Notes: generated from the letters alone by a model not told the origin. Positions 1-11,169 are shown, numbered from the stretch's first letter. The stretch is 64,000 bases of DNA from Mobula hypostoma (GCF_963921235.1 NC_086104.1:118172001-118236000); one strand, 5' to 3'. A program made the numbers and translations.

Positions 1-85
1 TTGCGATTTTCCGTAATGCATATTCGTGTCATCTATGCATGGTCGAGAATCATGGGTTTAAAAAGTAAAGAATGTGTTTATGTAT

Positions 86-261
86 TCACCATTTACACTT
101 TATAGCTGCATATTCACTCTTCTCTTCATTCTGGTGATGTCTCTGATTTCTGTGAAGGTTTGAAATGCTGAAGGTGGAGTAGATCACCTTTTCCTCATGG
201 GGTGTGTGTTTGATGTCTTTCCTCTGGTGTCGGTAGACTGGTGCAAGTCTGGTTCCTGGAA
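86..261 (-). CDS. Siglec/MAG-like receptor, terminal exon 8 with tyrosine motifs VIYSTF and SEYAAI
   Basis: Acceptor caaccacag|, phase 1. Reads xPGTRLAPVYRHQRKDIKHTPHEEKVIYSTFSISNLHRNQRHHQNEEKSEYAAIKCKW*, with TGA at 86-88. The paired proximal/distal Tyr motifs 23 aa apart are typical of inhibitory Siglec tails. Confidence 0.88.
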
Positions 262-409
262 CTGTGGTTGTACATTACAGATTAGTCTGAGGAGCTCCCG
301 ACTCCAACAGCACTCAAAGAGAATGCAGAGAAAGCTATCTGGAACAACATGTAATTTGCTAAAGGAACTCCTTCACCACACCGAACTCTATCTGCAGATT
401 ATTTCAGTA

Positions 410-700
410 CCCCGACCTACACAGACATGCCCACATTAAGCTTCCTCCACTTTCTGGATAATTTTCACATCAAATTGAAGGATCAACGACTAATATTCCG
501 CCGGGTAGTCTCTATCTAATGGAATGTGCATTGGGATTACCCATTTTTGGTAATTCCATCGTTTTCCCCCATCCTCTTCTTCCAATCCCGCGGTCCTCCC
601 ATTTCTATCCTCCGCTCGATTATCCCACAAACCAACAAACATCTTGATCCACCTTCTTCCCCATCACCCTCCCTGTTGAATCGAACTACTTCACAGGTTA
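410..700 (+). mobile_element. Degenerate Penelope-like 3' remnant
   Basis: caaattgaaggatcaacgactaatattccgccgggtagtctc resembles the better-preserved tails at about 25150 and 46510, followed by a pyrimidine-rich tract. Confidence 0.5.
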
Positions 701-806
701 CCCCACCATGCGCCAAATGCTTCCAAATGTTCACCTCTCCCTTTCTGGTTCTAATTCTCACTTCCTTTCCAAAGCCATTTCGGGAAGCAGTTGTGTTGCT
801 GCTCAC

Positions 807-871
807 TCGACCCAACCTTGTAGATAGGAACCAGAATACCAGAACAGATAGTGGAATCGTTGTGGATAATG
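807..871 (-). CDS. Siglec/MAG-like receptor, exon 7 (cytoplasmic; donor uncertain, exon ends at 840, 807 or 762)
   Basis: Acceptor ttgattttgtatctag|. The phase-2 frame reads (R)IIHNDSTICS.... Three GT donors all give phase 1, as the last exon requires. Confidence 0.62.
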
Positions 872-914
872 CTAGATACAAAATCAAGTATCATTAGCTG
901 AGCAATTCGGGAAT

Positions 915-1560
915 AACTTTCTGAGCTGCGTATATTTCAATGCAAGGGTATTGTCGGAAAGGTGATTGAGCTTAGGCCATGGATCAGCATGTGGAATTAT
1001 GACATTATAATCATTAGTGAGATTTGGTTACTGAGAGGCATGACGGGCACTGTATATTACAGGGTTCTGTTGTTTTAGAGGCCATGGAGTGAGAAAGATT
1101 AAATGGGGAGGATCAGCGTTCCTAGTTAGGGAAAATATCACGGCGGTGCTTAGTCAGGACAGACTGCAGAACTCATCTGGCGAGGCTTTATGGGTGGAAT
1201 TGAGGAGTAAGGAATTTATGACCCTGTTCATGGGGCAATGTTATGAACCATCACAAAAATATTTAGAAGAACAAGATTGAAGAGAGATCGCGGACTGCAG
1301 CAAAAATAAAATCTAAGCTTGTGCTAATTGGGGATTTTAACATCCAATATAATAGCTGGTCACCCATTTTATAAAAGGGGTGGATGGGAAATAGATTGCC
1401 AAATGTGTTCAGGAAAGATACCTCAATCATTACATAGGACTTCATCAAGAGGGAGTGCAATCCTAGACATCCCTTTAGGATAAGATGCAGGGTAGATGAC
1501 AGAAGTATGTGTAGGGGAACACAGAATTTAGTGATGATTATGCCTTGTTTCAAGGTAATT
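915..1560 (+). mobile_element. CR1 LINE fragment (APE endonuclease region), degenerate
   Basis: Translation fragments ALWVELRSK and VLIGDFN-like; homologous to 60300-61000. Confidence 0.8.
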
Positions 1561-2031
1561 TTGGGAAAAGATAACTATGTTCCTCCGGTTGGGATTCTAA
1601 ATTTGAAGCTAAGCAGTTTGTTACTCGGAGTATTTAGTACAAATTGACCTTCTGTTTAAACTCTGCACTTTTTATTCAACCTGGAGGCGATTTAGTCAGA
1701 TTTTTCCGCTCTCTGAATTGGCAATTAATTCTTCCAGACACCCGGGAACTAGTTGTGTACCTGTGCTTATTTCACTGGCTGTACTACACCGGCAATGATT
1801 TGGACGAGATATATTTTGACTTCAATAAGCAACAAATGTTCCGCTCTATGCTTAGTGGCTTAGCGTAGAGGAACACACCACTATATACTATATGCCGGCA
1901 ATTGACTTTCTATGGTATCTGCTGAACAATAATAACTGCAAATAATGCAAAAATAAGGTCGGAATCTTCATCAGATGCAGAAACTTTGTCGATTCTCTCT
2001 CAGCCGTGTTGTGGAGATCTGAGTAACTCAC

Positions 2032-2079
2032 CGAACTCTCGTCCGCCTGTGCGTCAAACGGGAAGTTCTTCTTATTTTC
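2032..2079 (-). CDS. Siglec/MAG-like receptor, exon 6 (basic juxtamembrane tail, (R)KIRRTSRLTHRRTRV)
   Basis: Acceptor tattttatcattacttgttag|, strong donor TCG|gtgagt, 48 nt. The phase 2-2 frame is open and gives a stop-transfer basic cluster after the TM. Confidence 0.8.
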
Positions 2080-2399
2080 CTAACAAGTAATGATAAAATA
2101 ATAATGCTATTACAATAACAATAGTATTAAGCAATTAGGCCGACAAAGCAATATATACATAAAGTGACAAGAATAAACACTACAAGAATAGTCAGAATGT
2201 TCCGACCAATTGAAAAATAGAAGAGCATGGCTTTTTCCGAATTCCAGGCTTTACCACCTTGAGTTGAGAAGAAGAAAAAAAATAAAAATAGAATAATAAT
2301 AATTGATGGGTGAATGTGAAACAGATACCTAACTGGGATATGAGCAAGCAAAGAAAATAGATCATAGTGTGATAAAGGGAAAACTTTCGATAGAATTTC

Positions 2400-3580
2400 C
2401 TAACTGCAAAACAGACCTCCAATGTAAAACTATAACAAAGGCAACAATCACTTTCTCTATAAGTATATTAACGTATCCATTCGGTGCAATACCTTGGTCC
2501 GCAACTGATCTGCAGATTTACAAAGAAAAATAAGAAGGGAATTACAATTTTTTGAATACATCGGGTACACTCGAAGGTTACCTAGGTTGTACAGTGTGTA
2601 CTCGACTTTTACTCGAAGGAGGAAGAGGAATAACAGACGCAAAAAAAAAAGCAGCACAACAGTCAAATAAAACTTGTGATGATATATTTTCATCAATGAA
2701 AACATTATTCAATATTCCACGTGAGCATGTGAAACTCCGATAAGAAGTACATACCATTAAATTTAAGTGAAAGCGCAACTGAAAAATCCCAGAAAATTAT
2801 CACTGTCGAAGAAGAAGGCAACCAAGAGAAAGGTCTGACCCTCCTTGAGCAGAATAGTTATCGAGAAAGAAACGTAGAGTGCCTCGCAGAGATCTGAAGA
2901 CGGGGATCTCATATGCCAATACAGGACAAGATTTTTAACTCAAGAACTATCAAAAATACATCATAAAAGACCACCACGTAAATGCAGGAAATGTCAGGAG
3001 AAACCAGAGATAGTCCAAAACATTAGAAGATCCTGCAGAAGCTTAATTCAATCTGATTACTTACACTGGTACAATCAAGAGGCAAAACATCATTTCCAAA
3101 TATATTACACTAAAATACAAAATTCACAAAAAACAATAAACTTTATTATAAATACAAGCCTGATCCAGTTTTACAGACAGGGTCCTACATATTATATACA
3201 GCTGATTCATTAGTACAGATAGGACAATCCATAATAACTATCCGAAAATAACAAAAGAGGGTAAACAAACAAGAACAATATACTTAATACATACAGCCAT
3301 TCAAAATGCACATACGATCCAGAAACTATTAAGCAGAAAACACCAGAAATATGCTGAAGTAAAAGACGACATAGAAAGACCATGGAACATGAGCAGGGTA
3401 TACATTGTCCCAGTGGTAATATTTACAACTGGTGTCATTCCCTAATCACTACGCAATAGCTTTAAACAATTAGGCTCACCGGGCAATATTTACGTAAATA
3501 TCTAGATAACCACAATACTAAACAACACTGCAATAGTCCCAAAGTTCCTAGCAATTAAAAAATGACTGTGCTTGGCTATG
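2400..3580 (+). mobile_element. R4/Dong-like non-LTR retrotransposon 3' part (RT end plus restriction-like endonuclease), decayed
   Basis: EGGRG motif, KYKPDPVL and KYAEVK..W..V..VP motifs; homologous to the copy at 34530-35500. Confidence 0.75.
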
Positions 3581-3757
3581 TTTAAGAGGGAGTTAGATAT
3601 GGCCCTTGTGGCTACAGGGGTCAGGGGGTATGGAGGGAAGGCTGGGGCGGGGTTCTGAGTTGGATGATCAGCCATGATCATAATAAATGGCGGTGCAGGC
3701 TCGAAGGGCTGAATGGCCTACTCCTGCACCTATTTTCTATGTTTCTATGTTTCTATG
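3572..3757 (+). mobile_element. Young 5'-truncated CR1 3' end with (TTTCTATG)n tail
   Basis: Nearly identical (about 3 differences by eye) to the reverse complement of 6538-6720. Confidence 0.9.
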
Positions 3758-3764
3758 TTATAGA

Positions 3765-4610
3765 TTGTAGACCGGGAACAGCACGGCGCAGGGGCAGTCC
3801 ATTTGGCCCACAATGTTGCACCGAACCAGCGAAAAGGCAAATCAAATACACGGAACCGTTTATCCCTCTTACCTGCACAACACCCAAATCCTCCCAGCTT
3901 CCTTGCAGCCATTTGCCTGTCCAAACGTCTATTTAAAACCTCTTAATGTGTTTGCCTCAATCGCCAAACAAGGCAGTGCATTCCAGGCAACCAACATTCT
4001 CTGAGTAACAAACATACCCCTCACATCCCCCTTGAACATACCCCCTTCTCACCTTCAATGCATGTGTTCTGGTATAATGAATTTCAACCTTGGAGAAGAA
4101 GATACTTCTTATCTACTCGTTATATGTCTCTCATAATTTGATACATTTCTAGCAGATCTCCCTCAGACTCTGCCATTCCAGAGAAAACAACTCAAGTTTA
4201 TTCAGCCTCTCGTGACCTCTAAGGACGGCAGCGTCCTGGTACATCTCTTCTACACCCTTCCATAGCCTCAACATCCTTCCTATAGTGGGGCGTCTAGAAC
4301 TGTATGCAATATTTCAGAGGGTGCCTACCTAGAGTTTTATAAATTGAAACACCACGTCTTGTCTTTTCATCTCTGCGCCTCGATTAATAAAAGCAACCAT
4401 TCAATAATATTTCGTATCGACCTTATCGACCCGTGGTCACTTTCAACTAGCTATGAACTTGGATCCAAAAATCGATCTACTGAGCAGCACTTTCAAGAAA
4501 CTTACCCTTAGCAGTGTACTGTTAGAGTGTTTTAACTTCAGTACTTAACAGTGTATTTTACCATTTGAAAACCATACACTTATCTGGGTTAAACTCCATC
4601 TCCTACTTAC
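3765..4610 (-). mobile_element. Old CR1 3' remnant
   Basis: Degenerate match to CR1 RT C-terminal/3' UTR sequence seen elsewhere in the window. Confidence 0.6.
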
Positions 4611-4628
4611 ATGCTCATATCTGATTGA

Positions 4629-6209
4629 TCGTTATGCTAGAAAGTTTGTGAAGCCTGTAGAATTTTCTCTATTTCTGCATTACAAATATGACCTAACCTG
4701 TGATGTGATCTTCACGTAGTTCTAAAACTAGAAAAGGAGATCCCAATTAAATAAATAACATAAAAACGCATGCCCATTTATTGACTGAGAAAAAAACACC
4801 CAATATTACATGTAATAGCCGGAAAAGTATGTGAACATTCAGTAACTTGTGTGTCCCCCTTGTACAGCAATAATTTCAACCAAACGTTTCCAGGAACTGT
4901 TTATCAGTCCTGCACATCGGCTTGGAGGAATTTTAGTTAATTCCTCCTTACAAAGCAGCTTCAACTCTGGGATGTTGGTGGGATTGCTTACACGTACTGT
5001 TGCTTTAGGTTCTTCTACAACATTTCTACGGGATTAAGGACAGGCCTCTGATTTGACCAGTACAAAACACGAAATTTCTTCTTTTTTATACCACTCTGTT
5101 GTTGATTTACTCTTGTTTGTTTTTTGTTTATTGTCTTCTATTGAGCCTCAGGTGATGGACTACTACCGTGTTATTCTCCTGCTAAACGTCATGATACAAT
5201 CTAGATATTTTTGTTCCCTCAACGATCGCAAACTGTCCTGCCTCTGAGGCAGCAAGCAGCCCAAAACCATGATGCTCCCTCCACCATGCTTCCCGATTGG
5301 GATGAGGGTGTAGTGTTGGTGTGTTGTGCCCTTTTTTCTCCAAACATAGCAATGTGCATTCCTGCCAAATGTGGAACTCTTGTCCCATCTGGCCACACGG
5401 CATTGTTCCAGAAACGTTGTAGAACGTCCAGGTATTCGCTTTCAGACTTGAGACATGCGGCAATGTTTTGTGTTGTTTTTGTTTCTCTTTTTGTAAATCA
5501 GTGATTTTCTCCGTGTCTTTCTACCATGAACATCATTCTTGAATAGTGGTGTTTTTTTTTTATTCTTATAGTGGACACAGGAACCGAGATTTTAGCATTT
5601 CGACAGATTTCTGCAGGTCTTTTTCTGCTGCACTTGGGTTCATTTTCACCTCCTTCAGCATTGCATGTTATGCTTTTGATGTGATATTTGCAGAATACCC
5701 ACTCCCCGGGAGAGTGGCAACAATACTGAGTTACCTTTATTCTCTTACTGTCGACTGATGAACACTCAGGTCTTTAGAAATGCTTTCATGACCTTTTATG
5801 GCTTCAGGCATCTCTACAATTCCTCTTCTAAGGTCCTCTGAAAGTTTCTTCGAGGCATTTAAACAATTTATTTCGTGAGAGACGGGCTAGCTCTGTATTT
5901 TTTACAGGGCAGGGTTCTTCTACAATCAGCACTTTCAATCTCATCAGATTGAACACAAGACCTGACTCCAAGTCGCTTATGTAGAAGGCATTATCCCAGA
6001 GGTTCACGTACTTTTTCCAATAAAATACACGAAATATTGCATTATTTTATCAATAAATAAATGAACAAGCATAATGGTTTGTGTTTTTTTTTTAATTGGG
6101 TTCCCTTTATCCAGTTTTAGGATACGTAGAGATCCGATCATAATTTGGATCATATTTATGCAGAAATAGAGAAAACTCTACAGGGTTCACAAATTTTCTA
6201 GCACCACTA
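4629..6209 (-). mobile_element. Tc1/mariner DNA transposon, both TIRs present, transposase disrupted
   Basis: TIR gtgctagaaa(g/a)tttgtgaa..ctgtaga..tttctctatttctgcat at about 4630-4690 and inverted at about 6150-6209, followed by TA. The minus frame encodes KHGGGSIMVLGC. Confidence 0.9.
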
Positions 6210-6537
6210 TATCTTGCGCTATGTTCTTTTACACCATCCACAACTCTACCAATCTTAGAATCAGCCCCAAATTTACTAATCAACCCGCCTGTATTTCATG
6301 CAGGTGATTTAAATGCATCACAAACAGCAGATCTCCCAACTCAGTTCCCTGCGGAAGACTTGCAGCCCCAATAAGACCCTTCAATCACTGCCATCTGTCT
6401 TCTACGCGCCAGCCTTTTCAGCATCCAGTTGATTCCTCGCGGACCCCATCTCTCTTAATCTTCTGGATTAGCCTCCCGCAAGGGTCTTTGACAAACAGCT
6501 TACTAAAATCCTTTTGCACAACATCCACTGTCCAGCT

Positions 6538-7320
6538 TAGAAACATAGAAACATAGAAAATAGGTGCAGGAGTAGGCCATTCGGCCCTTCGAGCCTGCAC
6601 CGCCATTTATTATGATCATGGCTGATCATCCAACTCAGAACCCCGCCACAGCCTTCCCTCCATACCCCCTGACCCCTGTAGCCACAAGGGCCATATCTAA
6701 CTCCCTCTTAAATATAGCCAATGAACTGGCCTCAACAGTTTCCTGTGGCAGAGAATTCCACAGATTCACCACTCTCTGTGTGAAGAAGTTTTTCCTAATC
6801 TCGGTCCCAAAAGGCTTCCCCTCTATCCTCAAACTGTGACCCCTCGTTCTGGACTTCCCCAACATCGGGAACAATCTTCCTGCATCTAGCCTGTCCAATC
6901 CCTTTCGGATCTTATACGTTTCAATCAGATCCCCCCTCAATCTTCTAAATTCCAACGAGTACAAGCTCAGTTCATCCAGTCTTTCTTCATATGAAAGTCC
7001 TGCCATCCCAGGAATCAATCTGGTGAACCTTCTTTGTACTCCCTCTATGGCAAAGATGTCTTTCCTCAGGTTAGGGGACCAAAACTGCACACAATACTCC
7101 AGGTGTGGTCTCACCAAGGCCTTGTACAACTGCAGTAGTACCTCCCTGCTCCTGTACTCGAATCCTCTCGCTATAAATGGCAGCATACCATTCGCCTTTT
7201 TCACCGCCTGCTGTACCTGCATGCCCACTTTCAATGACTGGTGTATAATGACACCCAGGTCTCGTTGCACCTCCCCTTTTCCTAATCGGCCACCATTCAG
7301 ATAATAGTCTGTTTTCCTGT
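6538..7320 (-). mobile_element. Young CR1 3' fragment with an intact 253-aa RT C-terminal frame
   Basis: ORF 6635-7396 contains RPHLEYCVQFWSP..LEGVQRRFTR..RLRGDLIETYKI; tail (TTTCTATG)n. Confidence 0.93.
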
Positions 7321-7432
7321 TATCAATCGGTCTCGTCGCCTTGACAAAAAAACTCAATCGAGTTGGTAAGTCACGACGTGCCTCGCACAAAGCCATGCTG
7401 GCTCTCCCTAATTAGGCCATCTATTTCTAACT

Positions 7433-7598
7433 ACACACATCAAAGTTGCTGGTGAACGCAGCAGACCAGGCAGCATCTCTAGGAAGAGGTACAGTCGACG
7501 TTTCAGGCCGAGACCGTTTCAGGCCTGAAACGTCGACTATCCCTCTTCCTAGAGATGCTGCCTGGCCTGCTGCGTTCACCAGCAACTTTGATGTGTGT
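7433..7598. repeat. Penelope-terminal-repeat-derived palindrome (about 77-bp arms, 12-nt loop)
   Basis: acacacatcaaagttgctgg...tttcaggcc / ggcctgaaa...ccagcaactttgatgtgtgt are directly reverse-complementary. Confidence 0.9.
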
Positions 7599-7639
7599 TG
7601 CTTGAATTTCCAGCATCTGCAGAATTCCTGTTGGTTGTC

Positions 7640-8510
7640 CATGTATTTCTAAATTCTTATTTGTCATATCCCTAAGAATTTACTCCAGTAATTTCCGTAC
7701 AGCTGACTCGAGACTCACTGGTTTATTGTTCCCAGTATTTCCCCTTCTTACATAGAGACACAATATTCGCCGCTCGCCAATCCTCCGCGACCTCTTCTGT
7801 AGCTAGAGAGGCCTCGAAGATACTGGTCAAGGCCCCGTCAATCTAATCACTTGCGTCCTTCAATGACTTGGTGTGAATCCCATCAGGCCTGGGATCATCC
7901 GCCTTAACACACATGAAGAGACCGAAGAGTTCCTCCTCGTTGACCTGAAAAAACACCCTAACGCATTCACACACTCAGCACTGATCTCCTAATCATCGAT
8001 ATCTTCCTCTTTGGTAAATGCTGAAAGAAAGTACTCATTAAGTACCTCATTCACATTCTCCACATCCAAGCAAATATTCTCCCCTTTTTCGCTGGGTGGT
8101 TCCAACACATCCCTAGTTATCATATTGTTATTAATTTTTGCACAGAAATCCTTGGGTTTCACCTTATTCCTGCTGGCCACTGACTTGTCATCCCCCCACC
8201 CCCCCACCTTCCCCGCTTCCCCTCCAACCCCCTCCCCCGCTTTCCTAATTCCTTCCTTTCGCTCGTTGCTGACTCCTGACTTGTTTATAATCCTGATGTG
8301 CTTCGTTTGATCCTAACTTCCGAATCTTTGCATACTTTTCCTTTTCCTTCTGGACAAAATCCATCACCACTCCGGAAGTACAAGGCTGCCTCTTATCTTT
8401 CCATCCACGTCTTTTCTTCTAACAGGAACATTCCACTACTACACTCTGTGCAATTGATCTTTGAACACCGTTCACATGTCTGGCGTGGACTTACCATAAA
8501 GAAAAACCGT
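7640..8510 (-). mobile_element. Old CR1 internal remnant
   Basis: The minus frame gives EVLNEYFLSAFTKE, the CR1 ORF2 linker motif. Confidence 0.7.
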
Positions 8511-8854
8511 GTCCCTAATTAACTTTACTGAATTCCTTTTAGTACTTGTCATCACACAAGACTTTTCACTCGCAATAGCAGTGGTGTAATTCAACTCCAG
8601 ACTGAGTTCTATACTTCTACTCTCGTACCTCGAAGCAGGAAGCCAGCCTTCCTGGTGCCATTTTTACTGTTACTTTGTCAAATTGCCTGTAAACACCCAC
8701 TCTCTTCATTTCCACGGAATGGTCTGACCGTGAAGTCATTGCCTAAATAATTTCTCCCGAAGGCTCCCAGTTGTCAATTGTTTGAACGATTGCTTTTTTT
8801 TTTCATAATTTCAGTCGTCCTTTTATCTCAAATTCAATGTCGTAATGCACGAAC

Positions 8855-8939
8855 CTGTAGGCAAATAGAATCGTTAAGATCACGATGATCATCACTGCTG
8901 CTCTTCCTGCTGCAATGGCAAAGTCCCTCAGCAACGAAC
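8855..8939 (-). CDS. Siglec/MAG-like receptor, exon 5 (transmembrane: GSLLRDFAIAAGRAAVMIIVILTILFAYR)
   Basis: Acceptor ctagtttcag|, donor CAG|gttcgt, 85 nt, phase 1->2. About 22-residue hydrophobic segment. Not in the ORF track. Confidence 0.88.
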
Positions 8940-9895
8940 CTGAAACTAGTTACAATAAAGAGAATTTTAGTTCAGTAGCACATCACAATTCAAAACACAT
9001 TGGCATACCATACATGAGGAAAACAGCAGGCCAGGCAGCATCGTTAGAAAGGAATAAACAGTCGACGTTTCGGGCCGAGGCTGTTCATCGGGAACTGCTC
9101 AAAAGTGTCTTCCGAAACTTCGTCTGTTTATTCATTTCCATAGATGCTGCCTGAGCTCATAAGCTCCTCCAGCATTGTGCACGTGTTACTATGAATTTCT
9201 AGCAACAGTAGAATCTCTTGCGTTTACACCATGTTACATACCAGCCACGGCTGCAAAGAATGGGCACAACTAACACGAATGCAGTGCTTTGAACGACACT
9301 GAAACAAATGGAAGGACGTTTGCGCAGATGGATTTCTTTGAGGAGGTACATCCAAACTTCAAACATGTGATTTTTTGTAAACATGATGTTATTTTTTATA
9401 TATATATATACATAACGAAAGGAATGCTCTAATGACAATTTAGAAATGATTGCTCACGTTCTGGTGTTTGAACCCACAGATCGGCCTATGCTGTTAGGAG
9501 TGTTACACTACTTCGGGCAATGTAACTATTTTCGTGTGTACGATGAAGAAAACCAGAATTCAACGCGGAAAAGATCAAATAAAGATACAAAGCGATGTTG
9601 GAATCTTCAAATAAAGTAGCTGTTTCGTTACAAAAAGAAAAGGTGGCGTCATTTGTGCACTGCAATGTGCATAAGTGTGTGGGAAAATTTCAAACAATCG
9701 AAAAGGTATTGTATATAGATTGCGAAAGATTTGCAGAAAACAAAAGAGAAAGGAAATGAGAGTGCGTGAGAGAGGGAGAGGGAAAAGGAGACAGAGACAG
9801 AGAGGTTAAGAGCTAGAGAGACAGCTACGATCCCCCATGTTCAGCATTGCTGATCTTTCATTCTGTGATGGCAACAATTACACCTCAGTCCTTAC

Positions 9896-10183
9896 CTGAT
9901 GATTCGCGGTGGAATGTTCCGTTACTAGTACCGTGTACGTTCACCGCGACGCAGGAGATGAGTTGTCCGGCACCAGCCTGGTTACTCAATATCAGTGAGC
10001 CCTGCGTGACGAATTTATCCAACATGAAGCCGGTGACATGGAAACGTTTGCTCTGCCCGTATAGGGCCTTCCCATTGACTCTCCATGTGATGGTTGCTGG
10101 TGGTTTAGCTTTCACCTTACACGTACAGTTGATCCAGTTCTCAAGGCTTGTGCAGGTCGGGCCGGACACATTCTCGGGTGAAT
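9896..10183 (-). CDS. Siglec/MAG-like receptor, exon 4 (membrane-proximal C2-set Ig domain)
   Basis: Acceptor aattctttag|, donor CAG|gtaagg, 288 nt, phase 1-1. YSPENVSGPTCTSLENWINCTCKVKAKPPATITW..SCVAVNVHG resembles the C..CxC membrane-proximal domain of MAG/Siglec-5/10/11. Confidence 0.93.
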
Positions 10184-11169
10184 CTAAAGAATTAAGTCAT
10201 TTGTACAGGTATCATGCGCCATTCAGTTCGTGAAATAAAGCGGATTGAAATTTCATCCTCTAGTTCCTCTCTCACTAACCCTCTCTCCGCTCTCCACTTT
10301 ATATTGACTCAATACGGTCTAGACTTACAGCGTCTCAACAAGAAACGGTGAAAATTCTGCAACAACTTCACACCCCCGCCCACCCCATCCGCCTCCGGCA
10401 CAGATTTTTGCTGGACCCGCTGTGTTACCTTCCCATGAGAAATCTGATACCAGACCAAAAGAATTTTAATATCGTGAACGGACTGAAGCACCGGAATATC
10501 TTCCTTGTGCTGGCCAAGGTCTTATTATCTCGGGGAACTAAGAAGCACTGATCCGAGCCCAATACTAACTCAACAGTAACCATTATTTCACATGAATTGG
10601 CATGATATTTTTGAACCTTTCTTTTCACTCTTCACACATTCCTCAAACTCTACCCCTCACTCACCCCAACAAAACTAGCTAGAATTTGCAGTGTATAATT
10701 AACCCAGAGAGAGGTTGAAATGTCATTAAGTACTTCAGATTATATACTAGTATGGAATGGGACAGGAATGATCTACCCAAATAACTGTCCACTGCATATA
10801 TCTGAGTTTCAATGACTAAGATTTAATTTTAACATGTTTCATTCAGGAGGCACACTGAACCTGGGTTCAGCTGCGTCCTCGTGTGATCATGGTGTGGATC
10901 TCTCACATTCCCTTTGAAAGTTTTATTCTAGTTAGTGAGGAAAATGGTGATAACAAGAAGGGCGGGAAGCCAGAAAATATTATTCAAATTGAATCCGTGG
11001 AGGCGCATGACGATCTCAAGGGCGTTCTTCATGACAATGTATCAAGAAAATTGCATCTACGTTTTTCTGCAGAAGTATAGGTGACAATCTAAGTGAAAGA
11101 CTGCTGGCAACGATGGTGTGGAAGCAGTATACGTGTTCCATTTATTGTTATAATGTCATGGTGTTATCC

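Noticed and set aside
537-887. ORF MILYLALSTTIPLSVLVFWFLSTR... that looks like a signal or TM peptide
   Set aside because: It is an alternative frame overlapping Siglec exon 7, starts at a non-ATG codon, and the phase is incompatible with the exon chain; the real TM exon is at 8855-8939.
9199-9438. ORF containing AFVLVVPILC as a possible TM exon
   Set aside because: Poorly hydrophobic (Gln, Pro) and would need a weak acceptor; a much better phase-1->2 TM exon exists at 8855-8939.
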